Shown piece after piece: positions 58,401 to 64,000 of a stretch of 64,000 nt of DNA (positions within the stretch are counted from its first letter, which is position 1; each line of letters starts with the position of its first letter). The stretch is from a virus. Location of the stretch: IMG/VR virus record IMGVR_UViG_3300025131_000005; one strand, 5' to 3'. Both the position numbers and the translations under genes were made by a program. A model generated the notes under the pieces. It was given only the letters and a program-made list of their open reading frames with translations, was not told the origin of the DNA and made no database searches.

Positions 58401-58935
58401 AGCTTTAGATGTTCTTTGCAGATCTGGTGCACTTGAGAGTATTAAAGATGAGAGATTCACAGGTATGAAACATTTTTATCACGCATGTGTTCTTAATCGC
58501 CCTAAGAACAAAAAGAAATTAAGCGAAAATATAGCAGAGTTTTTTGAAGAGGGTGAATTTAGTCGAGAAGAAAAGATTGACTATATTACTGATCTGACAG
58601 GTATTTTTCCATTCGAGATTGTCATATCAAAGGATGTTGATTCCGCAATTCATAGATATGAAGTTCCGGCTTTGGGAGAATGGGATCCAGAACTTGGGGC
58701 TGCGTGGTTTATTCCTCGTGAATTAATTGTTAAAAAAACAAAGAACGATAAAACCTATTGGGTTCTAAAGGTGATAGATAATACCTCAACAGCGAATATT
58801 ATTCGTATTTGGGGTGTTGATCCTAGACGAGATCACATTCATTTAAATCGACCTTATGGAGCACGCTTAGATTATAATGATGAGTGGGGTTTTAGCTTGA
58901 GGTTGAATAAAAATAGATTAGTTTTATTGGGATAA
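55498..58935 (+). CDS. dnaE: DNA polymerase III alpha subunit (family C)
   Basis: PHP domain LHAHS...ALTDHG, GRGSAAGSLVSY.LGIT.VDP, PDIDYD, KFDLLGL, YGFNKSHA. Likely start ATG 55498. No intein evident. Confidence 0.96.
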   Translation: MERRKSSIPFVGLHAHSVVGSPFDAFGYPKEHMDYAYENGCHALALTDHGNMNGMAHQVLHAKEMQSEGKNFKPIFGVEAYFIPSVKEWKMLYEQTKEDKKEAKKLQKNDGKMTTENEGDSKKKNDPLYRRRHLVLLAQNQTGLNNIFKMISLSHQGDNFYRYPRLDYEILNDHSEGVIAASACLGGIYAGNYWDNLESGPDAILEAMRVTTEKMQSIFGDRWFGELQWNNILDQHKLNEYIIQMHYEYGVELISTADSHYPNPEAWKDRELYKRLGYLNRPKKPEWMSPGLPESVDAIGYELYPKNGDQIWESYEKYSEEKQIVYDDKLIYDSIVKTHWIAHELIEDFYPDDTVRLPGFVIPEGESATEALQRAAVSGLQKMNLDKEKKYCERLQHELNVIIDRGFSKYFLTMKAIADKATEHMLAGPGRGSAAGSLVSYVLGITQVDPIKYGLLFSRFLRADATDYPDIDYDVSDAFGLKEILAEEWGDTTVVPISNYNTLQLKSLIKDISKFYEVPFAEVNMVTGRMVKEATPKAKEKRGIKAGLYLPKFEEVMEFSDSLQNFLIKYPHIKTHIEALYGQVRSISRHAGGVVIGEDLDRHMPLIQSGGVIQTPWVESGTLAHLEPLGFIKFDLLGLSTLEMIESAIAHVLRRYHQVENPTFEDVKEYYKNKLHPDKIDFNDTEVYTNIFQKGKFIGVFQFTNTGAQRFCTRVKPTNIIDISAITSIYRPGPLSANVDRSYVEAKRNPDEIEYINELVKEVTEETSGFMIFQEQIALLAHKLGKDLTLDEGNKLRKLLMKKGATGKKTQETTNIYNKFIAGCLEKKIDKSTAEELWRKFEYFSGYGFNKSHAVCYTILSYQCAWLLNYYPECWVAAFLDKEPETRKEAAIALAKQHGFNIRDVDINTSSGTYWEISKDGKTLIQSLNSIKGLGESAIKQIIDNRPFENAEDLLFREGIVYSKFNKKALDVLCRSGALESIKDERFTGMKHFYHACVLNRPKNKKKLSENIAEFFEEGEFSREEKIDYITDLTGIFPFEIVISKDVDSAIHRYEVPALGEWDPELGAAWFIPRELIVKKTKNDKTYWVLKVIDNTSTANIIRIWGVDPRRDHIHLNRPYGARLDYNDEWGFSLRLNKNRLVLLG

Positions 58936-58936
58936 A

Positions 58937-59203
58937 ATGACGACAAATAGAAAGATAAAAAGAAATAAGCAAAAGAAGCAAAAAAAAGAAGCACAAAAGA
59001 AAATAAAGAAACAAATGTTTTTATTTGGAAAACTTCCAAATAAATGCTTGACATGTGATGAAAAATTTGATAAAAAGAGTAAAGAACATGCATTGAGTTG
59101 GAAAGTTATTGTGAGAGAAAAAGAAGAGAAAGTTCATCTATATTGTCCTGAGTGTTGGGGCGCTGCCGAAGACCTTCTTAAAGGAATAGAAAATGATTCT
59201 TGA
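58937..59203 (+). CDS. Small basic protein with two CxxC motifs
   Basis: CLTC...CPEC. Confidence 0.7.
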   Translation: MTTNRKIKRNKQKKQKKEAQKKIKKQMFLFGKLPNKCLTCDEKFDKKSKEHALSWKVIVREKEEKVHLYCPECWGAAEDLLKGIENDS

Positions 59204-59687
59204 ATTTACGAAAGTTAATGAAAATGCGGTGACTCCTACTCGAAGTAATCCATCCGACGCAGGGTTGGATTTGTATGCTAGCATCCCCGAGACCCTTGAT
59301 CATGAATCCACAGTGATGAGTCGAACCATTTTAATAAGACCGGGAGGTAATCAAATGATTCCTACGGGGTTGCGTTTTGGAATTCCTCATGGATACATGT
59401 TGCAGGTTTGTAATCGAAGCGGTATGGGCGCAAAGCGTTCTTTGATCGTGGGAGCACACATTATCGATTCTGGATACGACGGAGAAGTTTTCATTGATTT
59501 ACATAATATTGGTTTAGGACCCCAGGTCGTAAGACATGGAGAAAAAATAGCACAAGTGGTATTGATACCGATAATTCATTTCCGCCCTCGCGAGAATACG
59601 AGTGGCTTGCTGTATGAAGAACAGGATCTTGCGATGAGTAATCGTGGAACCGGAGCACTTGGCAGTACAGATAACAAAGGAGTTTAA
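59193..59687 (+). CDS. dut: dUTPase (trimeric)
   Basis: DAGLDL, NRSG, IIDSGYDGE, IAQ, RGTGALGST. Confidence 0.95.
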   Translation: MILEFTKVNENAVTPTRSNPSDAGLDLYASIPETLDHESTVMSRTILIRPGGNQMIPTGLRFGIPHGYMLQVCNRSGMGAKRSLIVGAHIIDSGYDGEVFIDLHNIGLGPQVVRHGEKIAQVVLIPIIHFRPRENTSGLLYEEQDLAMSNRGTGALGSTDNKGV

Positions 59688-60710
59688 GTGAAAAAAGCTT
59701 TAACATATGATGATGTTTTATTAACGCCCCAGTATAGTGATATTGAGAGTCGAATTCAAGTCGATATTCAAAGTGAATTAGATAATAATATACTTTTACA
59801 TTTACCAATTATATCTAGTCCGATGGATACTGTTACTGAAGACGCCATGGCTCTGGAAATGTTTAGAGCCGGGGGTCTTGGTATTATACATCGTTATAAC
59901 ACTATAAGAGAACAAATTGATATTGTCGATAAAATTTTGCAGGCTGAAAAGAGTGCCCATGTGGGAGCCGCAATTGGTATGACAGGAGATTTTAAGGAAC
60001 GAGCACTTGCGCTTCGATCTGGGGGGGTGACTATCTTGTGTGTCGATGTCGCTCATGGATATCACAGTTTGATGGAGAGATGTTTAAAAACTCTTAAAGA
60101 TCTTTTTGGAAGTTGGGTTCACATTATAGCCGGGAGTGTAGCTACTGTAGAAGGTTTTTCAAAATTATCTGAATGGGGCGCTGATTCTATTAGAGTGGGG
60201 ATTGGAGGAGGCTCTATTTGTTCTACAAGGTTGGTAACGGGACATGGTGTACCAACATTGCAAAGTATAATTGATTGTGCTAAAAGTTCAACAGATACAA
60301 AGATTATAGCTGATGGTGGGTTAAGAACTTCTGGAGACATAGTTAAAGCTTTTGCAGCAGGGGCAGATTTTGTTATGCTTGGTTCTATGCTAGCTGGTAC
60401 ACGCGAAGCTCCAGGTGAAATATTTTCAAGTGATACAGGCAAAAAATATAAAGTATACAGAGGAATGGCATCTAAAGATGCTCAAAGAAAACGAAGTAAG
60501 AAGATTTCAACTCCTGAAGGAATATCCACTACTATTCCTTACAAAGGAAATGTTGCTGCTATTTTGCAGGATTTGGAAGGAGGTATCCGCAGCGGATTCT
60601 CATACTCTGGAGCAAGAAATTTACAAGAATTCCGTGCTAAATCTGTTTTTGTGAAACAGACATCAGCTGGCCAAGCTGAAGGTACAACTCATATTTTAAG
60701 GAGAAATTAA
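59688..60710 (+). CDS. GMP reductase / IMP dehydrogenase family (no CBS domains)
   Basis: LTYDDVLL.P, SSPMDTVTE, VDVAHG, RVGIGGGSICSTR, IIADGG, YRGMAS. Confidence 0.9.
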   Translation: MKKALTYDDVLLTPQYSDIESRIQVDIQSELDNNILLHLPIISSPMDTVTEDAMALEMFRAGGLGIIHRYNTIREQIDIVDKILQAEKSAHVGAAIGMTGDFKERALALRSGGVTILCVDVAHGYHSLMERCLKTLKDLFGSWVHIIAGSVATVEGFSKLSEWGADSIRVGIGGGSICSTRLVTGHGVPTLQSIIDCAKSSTDTKIIADGGLRTSGDIVKAFAAGADFVMLGSMLAGTREAPGEIFSSDTGKKYKVYRGMASKDAQRKRSKKISTPEGISTTIPYKGNVAAILQDLEGGIRSGFSYSGARNLQEFRAKSVFVKQTSAGQAEGTTHILRRN

Positions 60711-61054
60711 TGCCAAGAGATCCCTCCAAACCAGATCCCAATAATCGTAAAAAGTTTATGTTTTGGGATTCAGATAAGAGACAAGCTGACCTACGGATAC
60801 GGTTGCAACAAGATGGGTTCACACAATCTCATTTTTTTCGTGCTATGATCACAGGTTATCTAGAAAAGGATATAAACATAATGAAATTTCTTGATCAGTA
60901 TAAGGGAAAGCATATCACGCAAGGACAAAATAAACGTAAACAAATCGAGAGATCTTACAAAGCTGGTGAAGAAACAAAAAAACAATTTGCGTTGGGAGAA
61001 AATGAGATAGAAGATATATTTGATATTATATCGGAGGAATTTCCTGAACTATGA
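60710..61054 (+). CDS. Hypothetical protein
   Basis: 114-aa ORF translationally coupled to its neighbours. Confidence 0.65.
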   Translation: MPRDPSKPDPNNRKKFMFWDSDKRQADLRIRLQQDGFTQSHFFRAMITGYLEKDINIMKFLDQYKGKHITQGQNKRKQIERSYKAGEETKKQFALGENEIEDIFDIISEEFPEL

Positions 61055-61311
61055 AATGTATAGAGGATGTAAGAAAAAGCAAGACACCATGCCAAGAAAA
61101 AGAATGTAGAAAATGGATCGATTATCCTTGTGAGTATAATTGTATTTTGGAAACAATAGAGAAGTCCGGAGGGAATCGCTTAACTCTTCGCGAATGCTCA
61201 AAACGTCTACACATTAGTTTTGTTAGGGTGAAACAAATAGAAGACCAAGCACTTAAAAAATTAAAAAAGAAAAATTTATCACCTTTTAAAGACCTAATAG
61301 GAGATTTTTAG
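61051..61311 (+). CDS. Stand-alone sigma70 region-4-like HTH protein with Cys-rich N-terminus
   Basis: LTLRECSKRLHISFVRVKQIEDQALKKLK matches the T..EIG..L.IS.ERVRQIE..AL.KL pattern. Confidence 0.8.
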   Translation: MKCIEDVRKSKTPCQEKECRKWIDYPCEYNCILETIEKSGGNRLTLRECSKRLHISFVRVKQIEDQALKKLKKKNLSPFKDLIGDF

Positions 61312-61362
61312 CATTTTGAATACTATTTATCAATGAATCTTTTTATTCCCAGGAGTTACATA

Positions 61363-62034
61363 ATGAAAAAGAACCTTCTTACCGAATCAGAAATTAGAAA
61401 ATTTATGAAGTTCGCCAACATACCCGGCGTCAACACCGAAAATTTTGTTGAGAAGCTTCAAGAAGGAGATGTACTTAACGAAGATGCATCCCACAGTGCC
61501 AAAAAGGGTATTACTGAAGGTGCTTTTGCCGAGTCGCGAAGGCGCGGCGATGCGGGTTATGTTAATGAAAGGGAAGAAGATTGGGGAATGGGTGACGAAG
61601 AGGAATCACGCACTCATCCTGGCGAAGAAGATTACACCACCAAGAAGGGTGACGAATTAAAACATGATGAACCGGGACCAGGATGGGGCGAGAAAGAAGA
61701 CGAAGAAGCTTATAATGAAGCCGTCCTCGCGGAAGATGACATTGATGTTAAAGAACTAGTTACAAAATTGTTGCAGGTTATTTCTGATGAAACTGGCGTC
61801 GAAGCCGAAGTGGTCGGAGATGATGGAGAAGAAGTAGAAGGTGAAGAAGAAGTAGAAGGTGAAGAAGAATTTGTCGGTGATGAGCTTGAAGGGGGTGATG
61901 AAGACGATATGGCTCCAAGTGATGATGTAGAAGATATTGAAGATCTTGAAACCGACACTGAGATGGTAGCTGAAATTGAGGATCTTGTTAGTGAAGTAAC
62001 AAGGCGAGTCGCCAAGAGACTTCTTAAGCAGTAA
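61363..62034 (+). CDS. Highly acidic protein (scaffold/internal-protein-like)
   Basis: MKKNLLTESEIRKFMKFA, E/D-rich, 18-nt repeat at 61831-66. ACTATTTA at 61322-29, AGGAG RBS. Confidence 0.72.
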   Translation: MKKNLLTESEIRKFMKFANIPGVNTENFVEKLQEGDVLNEDASHSAKKGITEGAFAESRRRGDAGYVNEREEDWGMGDEEESRTHPGEEDYTTKKGDELKHDEPGPGWGEKEDEEAYNEAVLAEDDIDVKELVTKLLQVISDETGVEAEVVGDDGEEVEGEEEVEGEEEFVGDELEGGDEDDMAPSDDVEDIEDLETDTEMVAEIEDLVSEVTRRVAKRLLKQ

Positions 62035-62058
62035 AAGGAATTCACTTGAATTTACATG

Positions 62059-62089
62059 AAGGCAGGGTTTATCCTTGCCTTTTTTTTTT
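62059..62089 (+). terminator. Intrinsic terminator
   Basis: aaggcaggg/ccttgcctt stem followed by a long T tract. Confidence 0.85.
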
Positions 62090-62108
62090 GAAATGGAGGG
62101 GAATTAAT

Positions 62109-62810
62109 ATGTTGGGAAAAAATAAAGAAAAAGATAAAAAAACCAAAACAGAACCTGAAACCTCACCTGCGCAGGCAGAGGAATCTTTGAGTCCGGAGGA
62201 TATTTCTCTTCTAATGAATCTCGGAAATTCGTTGAACTCAGATCCTTCCCCCGTCAGGGTTGCAGGATTATACGGAGATATCAATGAGGAGAAGTGTTCT
62301 GAAGTCATTTATTCTATGCTAGTGCTTGCACAATCTGGCAAAACTTTCGAACCTATAGAACCTGACGATCCCGAATCTGAACTAGTGGAATGTTATGAAC
62401 CTTTTGATTTTTATATATCGACTTTCGGCGGCTCGGCTTTGGATATGTTTAGCGTGTATGATGTGATGAGATATATAAAAGAGAAGGTGACGATAAAAAC
62501 TTTTGGTGTGGGCAAGGTAATGTCCGGTGGAACTTTGTTATTAGCAGCTGGTACAAAAGGTCACCGCCGCATTGGAAAATATTGTCGCATAATGATTCAT
62601 GGAGTAATGGCAGGGCAGTCTGGACACTTATTAGATATAGAAAATGAATTTGAAGAATCCAAGATGACTCAAAAGTTATATGTGGAGGCCCTGGCTGAAG
62701 AAACTAACATGACTAGCAGATATATTAAAAACTTAATTAAGAAGAAAACGAATGTTTATTTATCAGCTCAAGAAGCTGTTGATTTAGGAATAGTAGATAT
62801 AATAGTATGA
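62109..62810 (+). CDS. clpP: ClpP-like protease subunit
   Basis: YISTFGGS, VMSGG, IMIHG, YLSAQEAVDLGIVD. Likely start ATG 62109 after GGAGG. Confidence 0.88.
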   Translation: MLGKNKEKDKKTKTEPETSPAQAEESLSPEDISLLMNLGNSLNSDPSPVRVAGLYGDINEEKCSEVIYSMLVLAQSGKTFEPIEPDDPESELVECYEPFDFYISTFGGSALDMFSVYDVMRYIKEKVTIKTFGVGKVMSGGTLLLAAGTKGHRRIGKYCRIMIHGVMAGQSGHLLDIENEFEESKMTQKLYVEALAEETNMTSRYIKNLIKKKTNVYLSAQEAVDLGIVDIIV

Positions 62811-63676
62811 TGTGGCGCAAAATAAGATTTAATAAGAAATCCTCCAAAAAGCTCGGCTGGACACCTGAATGGTTCGGTCTATCTGAATTTGATGCAGATT
62901 TAATTGACGAAGTATTAATCTTTCAAAAGAATCATGATTTAAAACAAGATGGAATGGTAGGCATAAATACGTTTAGAAGATTGCAACTGTATCGTGAATT
63001 AAATATTTTTGAGGATGAAAACAAGATATTGATTAATGGAAAGAAACGTTCCATTGGCTGGCACAAAGTCAAGCTTGATTTAATATCAAGTAATTGCTAT
63101 CGAAGCGTGAGGGCACCACGAAAGCCACACGTAATAGTTACTCACTTTGACGTTTGCACGAGTGCTGAATCTTGCAAGCGTGTTTTAGAAAAACGCGGCA
63201 TTTCAACTCACTTTATTATTGATAACGACGGCACAATTGTGCAATTAGTTGATACAAATCACATAGCATGGCATGCCAAGAGTGCTAATAAGTATGCCAT
63301 TGGTATTGATATTTCTTCAGCGTATTATACTAGATATTTGAATACTTATACGAAGAAAGGCTTTGAGCCAAGACCGATTATAACTGATAGCGTTGTTCAC
63401 GGTCGAAGTTTAGATGCACATTTAGGATATTATCCTGAACAAATTCAAGCGTATAAGGTGCTGGTACGCTATTTATGTAAAGCATATAATATTCCTTTGG
63501 ATTATCCCAAAGATGCAAATGGTAAACTATCAACTACAGTGAACAAAGACGCAGCTAAAAATAAATTCCGAGGCATTGTTAATCATTATAACTTAACACG
63601 TAATAAAATTGATACAGTTGGTTTAAAAATTGATGAAATTGTCGAGAGTATTAAAACATTAGAAAGGGAGAATTGA
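62807..63676 (+). CDS. Endolysin: peptidoglycan-binding domain plus N-acetylmuramoyl-L-alanine amidase (Amidase_2-like)
   Basis: FQKNHDLKQDGMVG..T (PG-binding), IVTH, STHFIIDNDG, AWHA, IGIDI, NHY. Confidence 0.88.
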   Translation: MMWRKIRFNKKSSKKLGWTPEWFGLSEFDADLIDEVLIFQKNHDLKQDGMVGINTFRRLQLYRELNIFEDENKILINGKKRSIGWHKVKLDLISSNCYRSVRAPRKPHVIVTHFDVCTSAESCKRVLEKRGISTHFIIDNDGTIVQLVDTNHIAWHAKSANKYAIGIDISSAYYTRYLNTYTKKGFEPRPIITDSVVHGRSLDAHLGYYPEQIQAYKVLVRYLCKAYNIPLDYPKDANGKLSTTVNKDAAKNKFRGIVNHYNLTRNKIDTVGLKIDEIVESIKTLEREN

Positions 63677-63678
63677 TT

Positions 63679-64000
63679 GTGAGATTTGATATGTCCGAAG
63701 ATCAGATAGACGAAGCATTAAAAAGCTCCAGAAAGTCGAAAGAGGAATCTAGTTCTTTTGATTTGCTGGCTGAGATAGAGAAGAGATTCCGCGAAGTAGG
63801 CGAAGATGTTTCATTGCTTAAGGAAGAATCTAGATTTAGTGTGACAATTCCTATACCGAAGCTTACTCCCTCAGAAGCCTGGGGAGATCCGGACTCTCAA
63901 AGTAGAGAGGAAATAAAAAGAGTATTTTCCGCCATTACCGGTGGTAAAGATATTCGCCAAAGAATCCAAAGTATAAATAAATTTCTTACTCCTGCGTCCG
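63679..64000 (+). CDS. Hypothetical protein, truncated by the window end
   Basis: Open frame from GTG 63679 / ATG 63691 (MSEDQIDEAL...PIPKLTPSEAWGDP...) with no stop before 64000. Confidence 0.7.
   Translation, partial: MRFDMSEDQIDEALKSSRKSKEESSSFDLLAEIEKRFREVGEDVSLLKEESRFSVTIPIPKLTPSEAWGDPDSQSREEIKRVFSAITGGKDIRQRIQSINKFLTPAS

Noticed and set aside
132-61329. Reading the late motif as T4-type TATAAATA promoters on the minus strand
   Set aside because: That would fire antisense into upstream genes. The fixed spacing to + strand RBS and ATG sites argues for sense orientation.
1-64000. Eukaryotic giant virus, suggested by tubulin and histone-like proteins
   Set aside because: T4-type portal, protease, capsid, sheath and tube, SD sites, sigma70 promoters, DnaE, bS21 and a peptidoglycan amidase all indicate a bacteriophage.
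1-64000. Alternative genetic code (stop-codon reassignment)
   Set aside because: All conserved genes are full length in code 11, and TAA, TAG and TGA all terminate recognisable proteins.
1-64000. tRNA/rRNA genes, introns, inteins, homing endonucleases, integrase, diversity-generating retroelement
   Set aside because: None recognisable by eye. Intergenic gaps are short, terL, dnaB, nrdJ and dnaE are of normal length, and there is no reverse transcriptase. A tRNAscan/Infernal run would be needed to exclude RNA genes formally.

Overview
The window is a 64-kb segment of a large AT-rich T4-like (myovirus-type, probably jumbo) bacteriophage genome. It uses the standard genetic code, and every supportable gene is on the + strand. 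Layout: SbcD-SbcC fusion and a small membrane/fibre block (0.5-7.4 kb); head module with TerL, portal, prohead protease, scaffold and major capsid protein, interrupted by small leader-bearing proteins, ribosomal protein bS21 and fibre genes (8-25 kb); neck, sheath, tube, chaperone, tape measure and baseplate (25-41 kb); a replication and metabolism block with mini-PolA, tubulin-like protein, SSB, Dam, RecA, RNase H, DnaB, NrdJ, GroES, DnaE, dUTPase, GMPR/IMPDH, ClpP and endolysin (41-64 kb). The most interesting unexplained structure is a linked late-gene system. An ACTATTTA motif precedes structural genes and isolated islands inside the early region, while replication genes have sigma70-type promoters. 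A family of unrelated proteins shares an N-terminal MKIT-x3-L-x2-II-x-EE-type leader that resembles a capsid-targeting, prohead-protease-cleaved signal; a candidate nuclease beside Dam has a related leader. All product calls come from motif recognition by eye, with no database searches. The host cannot be determined from this window.
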